Below are positions 38,601 to 46,968 of a DNA stretch of 64,000 nt, piece after piece. The stretch is taken from the IMG/VR virus record IMGVR_UViG_3300020057_001228, positions 64,001 to 128,000 of that record; one strand, written 5' to 3'. The first letter of the stretch is position 1; every line of letters begins with the position of its first letter. The translations under genes were made by a program, and so were the position numbers. The notes beneath the pieces were generated by a model that had not been told where the DNA came from, searched no databases, and worked only from the letters and a program-made list of their open reading frames with translations. The DNA comes from a virus (Duplodnaviria > Heunggongvirae > Uroviricota > Caudoviricetes).

Positions 38601-41600
38601 TTGGTATCGTTAACCAAATCGGTCACCCAATGCTAGGTGTGTTGGCCATGGGTGAGGTCATTAAGACTGACCAGGCTAACCGTGTTAAGACCACATACTT
38701 CGTAGGTATCCAGGGCCCATTCCACGTTCAGATGGGTATTGGTTTGGTTGCCCCTTACCAGAAGGTAGAAACACGTAACGAGCACGGAGCAATACAAACC
38801 CAGTGGGAGTACGCTCCTGATACTGTAGCTGGTGGTTTAATCAGCGCAGCTGCCTTCCCAGTCGTAGGTTTAATATCTGCTGGAGCTATCCTTGGTTCTG
38901 CCTATGGTTGGAAACCAACTGGTAAGCTCGGTCTGGCTGTAGGTGTAGCTAAGTACAACATTGCTGTAAACCCTCTAGGCCTGGCAGCTAAGCTAACCTC
39001 TGGTGCATGGAACATCATCTCCTCTGCTGCTGAAGCTACCCGTAATGCTGGTAAGCCTATGGGCAGAGCAGCTTTACCAAGGTACCGCGTAACACCAGGT
39101 GTCATCGGTTCCATCGGTCTAGCATCTGCCTTCGCTACTGCTATTGGTATGCAGTGGGCAGGAGCCAGGGCTGCTCTTATCGCGCACAGTGGTGACAATA
39201 TCGGTGGGCGTATGCGCGAGATGACCAACGTTAGCCAAGACATAGAAGCTAATGGTGGTAGGAACCTTACCAACCTAGCGTTCGTATCTGGTGCTCTAGT
39301 TGGTGGAGCTTCCGGTTTAGGTGGCTACAGACATGACACCTTAGTCAAACACCCAGGTATGAGTAAGACTCAAATGGCTAGAGGTATGGGTCTAGCTGGT
39401 GCCTACCGTGGCGCCGTCGTAGCCTTTGCTATGGCAGGACTAGCAGAGCTAGCGAGTGCTTACGGTGCTCCTACCTTCATGAACAACATCTGGCTACAGG
39501 TAACAGGGTTCGGTCAGAAGGTTAATAAGGTAGATGGTGGACTTAGCACTAAGATGCGTAGGGCTAACCATACTACGGATGGCTTCCTCGGCAGCTATGA
39601 TGTCATTGCATCACAGATGTCTGCTAACGAGAACGCTCCACCAACTGGTGCAAACTGGTGGGCAATAACGCTTCGTAACATATCTACTCTTCCCAAGGCT
39701 ATTTACCTAGGTATCTCTGCACCGTTTGTAGGAGCTGGTGGTGCAGCAGGTGTCAAGTTTGGTGACCAGACAGGTGACGGTGCGTTATCCTACCCAACGT
39801 CATTCACGCAGGCGCAGTACCCAGGTCAGGACTTCACGATGTCTACCACCACATGGGGTAGCAAGACGATCAAGCCTGACGACATAGCTATGTACATGGA
39901 TGTCTTAAGTAAGTCCCCTGAGTGGCTACGTACGCATAGGCATACCCGTAACCCTCGTGTATCTGGGACCATGTTCTACCAGAGTGGTGCTCTACAGGAT
40001 GCATCTCCATCTGTACGTATGGCTGTTACCCAAAGGCTCAACATCCACAAGTGGGCACTAGGCGCATGGGGTGACGAAGTAGCTAACTACATGGGTATCG
40101 ACCCTGTAACTACTAAAGGCCAGATGTCTTACCTCACTTCCAAGGGTAGTGGGTTCCAGATGAAGCGCTTCGAAGTAAAGCTAGGCTCGCTGAGCAACGT
40201 CATCAAAGACCAATTCAGGAACATTGAGAAGTACATTACGACCAAAGGAGAGTACGTAGAAGTAGACGGTGTAAACCAAGCCGAGTTCCAGGCTCGTAGT
40301 GAAGAGCTATGGACTAAGCTACAACGCTATAGAAGCAAACTAGGTTCGCCTGGTGCTGCTACCTTTAACGCGTTTGCTAAGAGTGATAGCGATGACATGG
40401 TTAACATGCTCGTTGTTACAGCCGGTGCCGCATCTCTTGGTATGTACGCTGTACGACAGCTGTTCATCAATGGTAGTACTGACAAGAGTGGCCTGCTGCA
40501 GAGGATCACACGCTCTTGGCAAGGTGCTATGACTAACTTGGCTACTGCTCTTGGTGGTAGTGAAGCTCTACAGAACCAGAAACTAGGTACCCATATTCAG
40601 ATGGTCAGGCCTCTAGGTCAACCTATGCGTTGGGACCCAGTAGCAGAAGCTATGAAGGTAACTCAGCAGAGTCTTGTGGACACACTTAAGGTAAGTGCTG
40701 AGCCATACTACCTAGACTCCAGGGTAAAGCTGCATTATGTAGTCACCGGCCACCACTACTTTGCACCTGGTGGTGTATCGATGGTAGATGAGATGACTAG
40801 ACGTCTAGTTAACAACCAGGTTGGTAGGTTCGAGGTAGCGTTCCTACAGGGTAAGATAGCCGCTGGGTTCACCAATGCGTTCGACACACCTCTAACCTAC
40901 AATATGATTGAGCATGGTCTTGTACAAAACATCCAGCTCATGTCCCAACACATCACTGACTCGCGTACAGCTCTTATCAACTTGCTAAACCACGCAGGTG
41001 GGAGCGAGGCTGGTATCATGCCTCAGTTCCAGAACTACGTAGACAGAAGTGACGCTTTGCTCGCTAGGGCTAATAACCTATTGGCTATTCATGTACCAGG
41101 ACATGTTGAGGTAACTGATAAGGAGCTTCTAGCTCTTACCAGGGGTATCGCTGAAGATGTTGAAAAGCTAATGGTAGAGGCCCAGGACCAGCACGGATTC
41201 GTCCGGTTTGGTCTAGGTGCTGAAGCTAGTGACGTTACCTTTAAACAGGTGCACATCGACGCAAAGACCATGTCCAAGTCAGCTACAGCTTGGCAGTGGA
41301 CCAGGAAGATACTTAGCGGTGCCTTTGGTGCTGATCACCACAAGAGAGTAGCAGTACAGTTAGAGGCTGAAAGAGTAAGGGCAGCTAGCGTACAGTCATC
41401 CAGAGGAACATCCCAGACCTTTGAAGGAGCTCGCTACAAGAGGACCACTGGCCCACAGGCTAGATCTGTAGCAATGTGGACTCGTAGTCTGCTTGGTGGC
41501 AGCATGGGTGATGAACTCCATGAGATGACCACTGGTGAGCTAGCAGCGAAGAACGTTGGTTTAGCAGCCGCTAAGGGTGGTAGTAGTATTCTAGCCATAC

Positions 41601-44485
41601 TTAAGTTTGGTGGTTCATCTCTGATGATCATCAATAACCTTGGCTATATGGCATCGTTCCCCATCATGACTATGGCTGCTACAAGCAAGTACAGTACCAA
41701 GGAAGTAAGAGAAGCTGCTGCTGTTGGTATGCTATCTATGCCTGGTGTTATCGCTGTAGACGTCCTGATTGGTAGACAGATCAACGCCCATGCTATAGCC
41801 GCTGGTGGCTCGTCTCCACTCTTCGCTAGCTTCATTGGTAAGCAGTTCGATAGGCTTGGTGGCGCAGCTACCATGAAGAAGCTGTTCCCATGGGCAGGAT
41901 CAGTTGCAGGGTTTGCTGAGTCTAGTAAGATAGCCCAAGCTGTTGGTTGGCTTAAGGTAGGTGCTACTGATGGCTTCGTAAAGACCGAAGGCAAGCACGC
42001 TGTTGCTAATATCATCAGAGCTACAGTAGGTGCTGCTGCTGGGTACGCAATAGGTGGTAGTACGACCGGAGCTGTAATTGGTGGTGCCGTTGGTACAGCA
42101 GCTCTACGAGGAGCTGTTCTACAGTCTCTACGTGGTGGTATACAACTAGGAGCTTTCGTTGTAGTAGGTGGTGCTGCTGATCACTTCTTCACAGGCGGTG
42201 CGCTTGTTAAGGGCATGGGTGAAACCATGGAGAAGCAACGTAAGTTCCAGCGCAGCGAAGACACATGGGCCCGTATAACCTCTGGTGCATCTAGCATGGC
42301 TGCTGAGTGGATGCAGTGGGGTACTCTCATTGGTTCTGCTATTGAACCTGGTGGAGGTACTGTAGTAGGTGCTGTCGCTGGTGCTGGACTTGGTCTACTT
42401 GCTGGTGGCTTCATGGGTCTATTCGATGGCTTCCGTGGCCTAGATGACATCGGTTCTAAGATAGCTCACTCTATTGCTTTGGGAACTCAAGAGTACAACG
42501 TTAAGTGGAGAGTAGCTCTCGATAGGCGTGGAGCTAGACCGGCTACCGGTGTCTGGGATTGGATGGGTCGTGGTATCTCACGGGGTAGCCTGGGTATGTC
42601 TGACATTGTCTGGCAGACTATCTTTGGTAGGAGCTACGGAACGATCATAGCCAAGGAGATGAACAAGAATGGTGTAGAAGGTACAAGTCTATCTCTATAC
42701 AACCAGGTCCTCAAATCCTTCTCTCCAATCTGGCATGGTAATGCCAACGACTACATCAAGAATGTAGCTATCCCTGAGCAGGAGGCTATGAGGCTAGGTG
42801 TAGCTGGTAACTCCATGTACAAGCTATTCGCTGGTGCTACGTTCAACGAGTTCAAGAATGGCATTGGCTACGATATGGTTCAGGGTGCAGACCTACCAGG
42901 TAGGTACTACGCTAACCCTAATGGTATTGGGCTTGCTTCTGTTACCGAGCGTAGGATTGGTGCTGACTTCATGCCTAGTCAGACATTCGGTGACCCTGTA
43001 GCTTCCGCTATGAAGACTCGTGCCATGATCACTGACACATGGGCACTAGGTCAGGTACTCAATCGTGAGAACACAAACGTCGATAAGCTGCTCCGTCCCG
43101 ATAAGGTCAAGGGTGGCTACCTAGACTCAATAGCTAGCGGTATAGGTTCAGCATGGGGCTGGTCCAAATCTACTGTCGGTGGTGGGCTTAGTGGTGTTGG
43201 TTCAGCGTTAGGTTACGTGGCTAATGCCTGGAAAAGCGCTGTAGGTTACTGGAGTAACGGTGCTGGTCCTGGTAATGGCGTAGGCGGTGTAAGTGACGGT
43301 GTAGCAATGGCTCATCGTATTATCACAAGTGACTTCAAAGGACTACACTTCAGTGGTGGTGGTAGAAGTGCTGCTCGTAACGCTGCAGTTGGTGGTGTGG
43401 TAGGAAGTAGACACATCGAGAACGCTGCTGGTATCAGAGACGCTAACGACTACGTGGGTTCTATAACCGATATGAACAAGGCTGCGGCCCGTATCAACGG
43501 TATCAGAGGTATGTCCGCCATAGTCCACAATGCTGGATCAGGACTCCATCTACACGTACAAACCGCTGCAGGTACACAGAGAGGCGTTGTTACTCATGAG
43601 TCCCACGAGCACCCTCATGAACATGAAGGCGAACACAAGGAAGTAAAGACACCTGTTGGTAGTATTAGTTCCAGTCCTATGGGTGGTTGGAACACCACTG
43701 TACTCAAGAGCATGACTTCACTAGCCAAAGGTAATACTCAACGGTTTGCTGGGTATATAGAAAGAGCTGCTGCTAAATACGGAGTAGATAAGAACCTGAT
43801 CGCGTTGATCGCATCGCAGGAGTCTAACTTCAACGTACAGTCTACATCTCACTCCGGTGCTATTGGTCTAATGCAGACTATGCCATTCCACTGGACTAAG
43901 TCACAGGTAGCTTCTGGTATAGCTAGAGATCCTCTGAACAACATCATGAAGGGTACCAGTATCTTCTCTGGTTACTACAACAGGCTGTCAGGTATCAAAG
44001 ATAAGGTCGAACGTGTGAAGTTCGCTCTAGCTTCTTACAACGCTGGTCCTGGCCATGTAGACAACGCAATGGCAGAAGCACGTAGGCGTGGACTCAACCC
44101 ACATAAGTACGAGAACGTTGTTGGACTGCTACCTGCTCAAGAGAACAGGGAGTACGCTGCCAGAGTTCTCGCATGGGGAGGTGGTAAAGCACCTACAGGT
44201 ACCACTGGTAAAGCACCTACAGGTACCACTGGTAAGAACACAGGTGGTTCTGTACAGATTGATATCCCATCAAAGACTATGATGGCAGCAATCGATACAA
44301 CACGCCAGAATGCCTCTGAAAGAGTACCGGGCATACGTTACGCAGTAATGCAGGGTAACGTGGCTTACACGGCACGTGGTGAGGTTGTAGATAGAACAGA
44401 AGCTATGAGTGCAGATGCCTCAGACAATACTCAGTACGTATCGATGGCTAAGTACATGCAGGACACTACATTCAGGATGGGATAA
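35609..44485 (+). CDS. giant tape-measure-like protein: degenerate PLD domain + Gly/Ala-rich hydrophobic core + M15A peptidase + lytic transglycosylase (SLT)
   Basis: PLD-like 'SHANVYAFQNGLMLIGSARD...NNVE'. M15A-like 'RSAARNAAVGGVVGSRH...D...HLHV'. SLT 'AAKYGVD...SQESNFN...SGAIGLMQ...NIMKG...ALASYNAGPG'. Many GAAxGA hydrophobic repeats. Confidence 0.8.
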   Translation: MAESNLFEDQGQLLSGMGARQQATPNSSLFVTSYEGEPKYISTLNLQGANILMSQPQTAFDSARQAKLFETHKNIHPFKQDILFHAKAAVRTVSGIPQEAAMLTSNLTPSGHGKNTDFWGNPYHNQLNLGYNITDKKVMSELNSKLAVLRSGNLPAAHKGDSILVGGPGTTTLGSQVADLIKQSRGTMTMTSATISTNSEAVTGAIRDKLTRGDTVNLYVGGVSEQDRKSGAASVKALMPFATKNNLKVFNLPPGASSHANVYAFQNGLMLIGSARDSDQAMGGNNVEMLLKVVDKGAGVQLKKILDQHFTESLDPYKMYQASAKLSTDTVFRSDEIWKSVRQVTGLSEQRYRVDPFIPTDVRRGLKNEIGAELARKGITDPSVIAEEYSKRVRGYSQRGVYSYMYSSAYQEVNGRTGRNLVPMGPPEIPYAIRIADEKAMALTQGDKWASHWAVQNYAKVAGDLGVGIDLSEFAQREGRGMAASLILSHVHQYEKSSYLKEVDERSHSEYRPNLAGFQKGFLESGLESIFDGTNSLIMMGAMYTYGMRWVARDLADIQGQFMTAMAHKIDGDLYANKLKANNHAGRWAVRGAAKMLNVMGSFTHGMMAGLSLGSLNTYNETMRAIFPSTVNPMEKTMQSVVSKGGTHADVVAAVNKVWIGAANTVERAIDKTMLEHIGSVLRNFIKKQTPVGLQKAMHNALRGAGAMKGMGAALLMAAKSNVGVRGALGAAAFSIATGITAWNSLYASQSAATQLTTGEQITAQKTIETIFGDQIRVPLTMYRAGYNPTAVSTSVDTMIAASLGAAVGAKIGGPRGALAGGIIGAAGVLAGGLSPGFAYENYIRVPLLNNYEMGTYDFLNHGAYRAGGAVAGFGAGVAYGTLYARRFSTPRHIVSGTVVSTVAGIIGGVVGANLNHVIAGLAGTQWKAHHMEGAEHSWVVLGNKFNQAAGYLMAAKEAKDRYLKKGNPDDMKLWYQLNQKALAYNHMRGDGTAGNMVGIVNQIGHPMLGVLAMGEVIKTDQANRVKTTYFVGIQGPFHVQMGIGLVAPYQKVETRNEHGAIQTQWEYAPDTVAGGLISAAAFPVVGLISAGAILGSAYGWKPTGKLGLAVGVAKYNIAVNPLGLAAKLTSGAWNIISSAAEATRNAGKPMGRAALPRYRVTPGVIGSIGLASAFATAIGMQWAGARAALIAHSGDNIGGRMREMTNVSQDIEANGGRNLTNLAFVSGALVGGASGLGGYRHDTLVKHPGMSKTQMARGMGLAGAYRGAVVAFAMAGLAELASAYGAPTFMNNIWLQVTGFGQKVNKVDGGLSTKMRRANHTTDGFLGSYDVIASQMSANENAPPTGANWWAITLRNISTLPKAIYLGISAPFVGAGGAAGVKFGDQTGDGALSYPTSFTQAQYPGQDFTMSTTTWGSKTIKPDDIAMYMDVLSKSPEWLRTHRHTRNPRVSGTMFYQSGALQDASPSVRMAVTQRLNIHKWALGAWGDEVANYMGIDPVTTKGQMSYLTSKGSGFQMKRFEVKLGSLSNVIKDQFRNIEKYITTKGEYVEVDGVNQAEFQARSEELWTKLQRYRSKLGSPGAATFNAFAKSDSDDMVNMLVVTAGAASLGMYAVRQLFINGSTDKSGLLQRITRSWQGAMTNLATALGGSEALQNQKLGTHIQMVRPLGQPMRWDPVAEAMKVTQQSLVDTLKVSAEPYYLDSRVKLHYVVTGHHYFAPGGVSMVDEMTRRLVNNQVGRFEVAFLQGKIAAGFTNAFDTPLTYNMIEHGLVQNIQLMSQHITDSRTALINLLNHAGGSEAGIMPQFQNYVDRSDALLARANNLLAIHVPGHVEVTDKELLALTRGIAEDVEKLMVEAQDQHGFVRFGLGAEASDVTFKQVHIDAKTMSKSATAWQWTRKILSGAFGADHHKRVAVQLEAERVRAASVQSSRGTSQTFEGARYKRTTGPQARSVAMWTRSLLGGSMGDELHEMTTGELAAKNVGLAAAKGGSSILAILKFGGSSLMIINNLGYMASFPIMTMAATSKYSTKEVREAAAVGMLSMPGVIAVDVLIGRQINAHAIAAGGSSPLFASFIGKQFDRLGGAATMKKLFPWAGSVAGFAESSKIAQAVGWLKVGATDGFVKTEGKHAVANIIRATVGAAAGYAIGGSTTGAVIGGAVGTAALRGAVLQSLRGGIQLGAFVVVGGAADHFFTGGALVKGMGETMEKQRKFQRSEDTWARITSGASSMAAEWMQWGTLIGSAIEPGGGTVVGAVAGAGLGLLAGGFMGLFDGFRGLDDIGSKIAHSIALGTQEYNVKWRVALDRRGARPATGVWDWMGRGISRGSLGMSDIVWQTIFGRSYGTIIAKEMNKNGVEGTSLSLYNQVLKSFSPIWHGNANDYIKNVAIPEQEAMRLGVAGNSMYKLFAGATFNEFKNGIGYDMVQGADLPGRYYANPNGIGLASVTERRIGADFMPSQTFGDPVASAMKTRAMITDTWALGQVLNRENTNVDKLLRPDKVKGGYLDSIASGIGSAWGWSKSTVGGGLSGVGSALGYVANAWKSAVGYWSNGAGPGNGVGGVSDGVAMAHRIITSDFKGLHFSGGGRSAARNAAVGGVVGSRHIENAAGIRDANDYVGSITDMNKAAARINGIRGMSAIVHNAGSGLHLHVQTAAGTQRGVVTHESHEHPHEHEGEHKEVKTPVGSISSSPMGGWNTTVLKSMTSLAKGNTQRFAGYIERAAAKYGVDKNLIALIASQESNFNVQSTSHSGAIGLMQTMPFHWTKSQVASGIARDPLNNIMKGTSIFSGYYNRLSGIKDKVERVKFALASYNAGPGHVDNAMAEARRRGLNPHKYENVVGLLPAQENREYAARVLAWGGGKAPTGTTGKAPTGTTGKNTGGSVQIDIPSKTMMAAIDTTRQNASERVPGIRYAVMQGNVAYTARGEVVDRTEAMSADASDNTQYVSMAKYMQDTTFRMG
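44183..44230 (+). repeat. 24-bp perfect tandem repeat x2 (GKAPTGTT linker)
   Basis: GGTAAAGCACCTACAGGTACCACT twice, just after the SLT domain. Confidence 0.95.
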
Positions 44486-44654
44486 TAGAGTCTATAGCAT
44501 CCAGAATAACTTGTGGATCTGCAGAGCTCTTAACCAATTCACGTACGTACTCTAGACACGCCTTATAGCGGTGTGCTTCCGTCTGAGCACCATAGGCTTC
44601 TGCTAGAGCTTTACCTAGTGGACTGTTGATAGGTACGTTTGGGCTTAACTGCAT
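44472..44654 (-). CDS. hypothetical protein
   Basis: 60 aa, TAATG-coupled to the upstream ORF. Its 3' end overlaps the end of the giant + strand gene. Confidence 0.55.
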   Translation of the reverse strand: MQLSPNVPINSPLGKALAEAYGAQTEAHRYKACLEYVRELVKSSADPQVILDAIDSIIPS

Positions 44655-45046
44655 TAGATGTTAATCGAGGGGCCGGACTCATTCAGTCTGGTTCCACGCC
44701 ACTTACCAATACAGGTAAAGAAGATCTCCATCTCGCCACCTGGAGTGTCGTTGACTCTCGACGGGTGGTCTGGATTCCAATCTTCCATAATCATTACTCT
44801 ATCTCCAGGCATGTATAGAGCAGCTGGGTCTAGATCGTTGTAAGCTAGAGTGTTTGGTTTGATGAAGTCACGGCTGATCTTCACCAGCTTCTTGTAGTTC
44901 CGCTGATCGATGAAGAAGGGCTTATCGAATGGACCTTTGATATCGCTCTTCTCAAACTCAACGAAGATGCTATCCGTACCAAGGGTATAGAGGACACGGG
45001 CAATATAGTAGTGACCTCTACCGTACATACTCGTGTTATACATCAC
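44654..45046 (-). CDS. hypothetical protein
   Basis: 130-aa ORF in the - strand operon. Confidence 0.6.
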   Translation of the reverse strand: MMYNTSMYGRGHYYIARVLYTLGTDSIFVEFEKSDIKGPFDKPFFIDQRNYKKLVKISRDFIKPNTLAYNDLDPAALYMPGDRVMIMEDWNPDHPSRVNDTPGGEMEIFFTCIGKWRGTRLNESGPSINI

Positions 45047-45206
45047 AGCTCTCCAGTGTCTCTAACATAAGCGTAATGAGATCTAGAAGCTGATTCCTTA
45101 TAGACTCAATGATCGCTAACCTAAACGGTCTGTGCCGATGGACAAGATCTAGTTTGGTCAGTAGCCCATCAACTAAGAGTGCATACTCCTCTAGTTTACT
45201 TTCCAT
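45036..45206 (-). CDS. 56-aa small protein below the ORF-track cutoff
   Basis: MESKLEEYALLVDGLLTKLDLVHRHRPFRLAIIESIRNQLLDLITLMLETLESCDV*. AGGT SD; overlaps both neighbours by 11 bp. Confidence 0.6.
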   Translation of the reverse strand: MESKLEEYALLVDGLLTKLDLVHRHRPFRLAIIESIRNQLLDLITLMLETLESCDV

Positions 45207-45678
45207 CACCTGGTAGTCTTACGCTAGACTTATTGTCTCTGAGTTCGGTTAGCCTAGCTATCACCTTAGCTCTAGCGATCTCACCACATTCCTCTTTGAG
45301 GATATCTAGGTAAGCTTCTTTGAATCTCTCGTTCTCTTCGTACAGAGCAACGGTCTCTAGAACTTCCTTAGCCAGCTTGAGTGACTGTCGGATCTCACCA
45401 AGGGCCTTACCACGACTCTCCATATCACCAGACTGTTTGGCTTCGTTCAGGAAGGCTACAACCTCTCCCAAGAGCTCAGGTAGTCTGCTGCTAAGATCAA
45501 AGATGTTGGAGTTGCCAGCAGCTAGTTTAGCTACGACAGCTTTCACTGGCATGTTCTTGGTACGCCATTTGGTTACAGCTTCTACTTCGAGGCCCATCTC
45601 GTCAGCAATCTCGGTGTCCTTCTGACCACGCTCAATGCGCTCTTTGACTTCATCGCCAAGCTTCAGCTTATCTATCAC
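45196..45678 (-). CDS. HTH + coiled-coil protein, possible terminase small subunit
   Basis: N-terminal HTH 'GQKDTEIADEMGLEVEAVTKWR' followed by amphipathic helices. Confidence 0.5.
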   Translation of the reverse strand: MIDKLKLGDEVKERIERGQKDTEIADEMGLEVEAVTKWRTKNMPVKAVVAKLAAGNSNIFDLSSRLPELLGEVVAFLNEAKQSGDMESRGKALGEIRQSLKLAKEVLETVALYEENERFKEAYLDILKEECGEIARAKVIARLTELRDNKSSVRLPGDGK

Positions 45679-46006
45679 GCTTGACCTCAGTCTTTACTAC
45701 AGTCTCTTCGAGATCTCTATTCGCCAGTCTATATAGTATACACTCTATAGCCTGATCCAGCTTACGCTTCACGGTACTGTAGTCATAGTTAACCCGAGCT
45801 GATATCAGATGTCTGGGCATTCGGCTCACTGTGTAGAGCTTAAGGACACTGTGGAGTACTTCATCAGTCTCCTGTAGTTCCTTGATGCACACCTTCACAT
45901 CTTCAGCACTATGGTACCCCCACCCATCAATCCAAGGTTCATGGTGAGAGTACCCATTACGTAGGTACTTTATGAAACTATCTCTGCGTGCGTTTGGACT
46001 GGGCAT
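45668..46006 (-). CDS. sigma-70 region-4-like HTH transcription regulator (RinA/ArpU-like)
   Basis: 'VLKLYTVSRMPRHLISARVNYDYSTVKRKLDQAIE' resembles a region-4 HTH. Confidence 0.5.
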   Translation of the reverse strand: MPSPNARRDSFIKYLRNGYSHHEPWIDGWGYHSAEDVKVCIKELQETDEVLHSVLKLYTVSRMPRHLISARVNYDYSTVKRKLDQAIECILYRLANRDLEETVVKTEVKRDR

Positions 46007-46047
46007 GGTTCACCAAGACTATAATACTGAGTACATTTAACAATAGT

Positions 46048-46368
46048 TTAGAGTGCGATGTCAACGGAGATAGGGCTGATGACAAACATCAGGTAGGACT
46101 GCTCCGTTACCACCTTGAAGTCCAACAGCCATCCGGTAAAAACTTTAGCCAATGACGAGGCTTGATCATCTACGAATACGCAGACTTGCTTCGTCACCGG
46201 CGAGCATAGTGCTTCGATCTGCTGCTTTGATAGGTTACCTATGGCCCCCGCTACGAGACATAGTTGGGTAGCTCCGTCCTTCTCAGAAGTCCAGAAACCC
46301 GGTGAGTCTATCGACATAACTAGTTTGAAATCTAGCACGTTCGTAGACAGGTAAATAGCGGAGACCAT
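46048..46368 (-). CDS. hypothetical protein
   Basis: 106-aa ORF. Confidence 0.55.
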   Translation of the reverse strand: MVSAIYLSTNVLDFKLVMSIDSPGFWTSEKDGATQLCLVAGAIGNLSKQQIEALCSPVTKQVCVFVDDQASSLAKVFTGWLLDFKVVTEQSYLMFVISPISVDIAL

Positions 46369-46379
46369 AGTTAAACACC

Positions 46380-46964
46380 TTAACAGCGCATAGTGTTGTG
46401 ATAGCGAGACGAACCCTCAATGAGAGTTACAATCTCTGTTGCTATCACAGAACACCTTGCGCTGTATGATTTCAAAGCCCCATTATTGAAGATGATCTGA
46501 TCCCATTTGACTGCTTGATCCAAGTCAGTCTCAGAGGGATCATTCTCAATAATACGGCCTCTTCGTGCACGCATCTCTGTCAATGCTTCAATCCTAACAA
46601 AGTATACATCCATCTTGTCGGACCGTAGTCCCTTCAGATAGTCATACTCGTTACGAAATCGCATATCAGTGATTACGACATTGCCCTCATCAGGGATAGC
46701 CTTCTTTACCCAGTAGAGTATATCTTCCAACCGACGCTTTGCTCCATGTACTATTAGTAGCTCACGCAGCTCGTCTTTACGGGCGGTCAATTCTTCTACT
46801 GTAATCCCAAGCTCCTCTGCCACTTCTATCTTCAGAGTGTCGGCAAAGCCTACTCTAGAATAGTCGTAGCCCATACCAGCAGCTGTAGGGATAAAGGAAT
46901 CTGCAAAGGTATCCTTACCGGATCTCATCTTACCTGAGATAGCTATGATCTTACGTGTATCCAT
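46380..46964 (-). CDS. deoxynucleoside monophosphate kinase
   Basis: P-loop 'IIAISGKMRSGKDT', 'FADTLKIEV', 'VVITDMRFRNE', 'SETDLD'. Confidence 0.88.
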   Translation of the reverse strand: MDTRKIIAISGKMRSGKDTFADSFIPTAAGMGYDYSRVGFADTLKIEVAEELGITVEELTARKDELRELLIVHGAKRRLEDILYWVKKAIPDEGNVVITDMRFRNEYDYLKGLRSDKMDVYFVRIEALTEMRARRGRIIENDPSETDLDQAVKWDQIIFNNGALKSYSARCSVIATEIVTLIEGSSRYHNTMRC

Positions 46965-46968
46965 TACC

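Noticed and set aside
244-44334. Numerous 60-150-aa - strand ORFs under the structural genes, and + strand ORFs under the replication genes
   Set aside because: They are antisense shadows of long coding genes with biased third positions; none has an SD or a recognisable motif.
35609-44485. Giant protein as a virion RNA polymerase
   Set aside because: No DxDGD/NADFDGD-type catalytic motif in a polymerase-like context; its composition and hydrolase domains fit an ejected tail or core protein.
46007-46047. AT-rich gap with TATAAT (+ strand) and TATAGT (- strand) as a possible sigma-70 promoter
   Set aside because: No -35 element at 16-18 bp spacing on either strand, and the + strand site would be antisense to the local genes.
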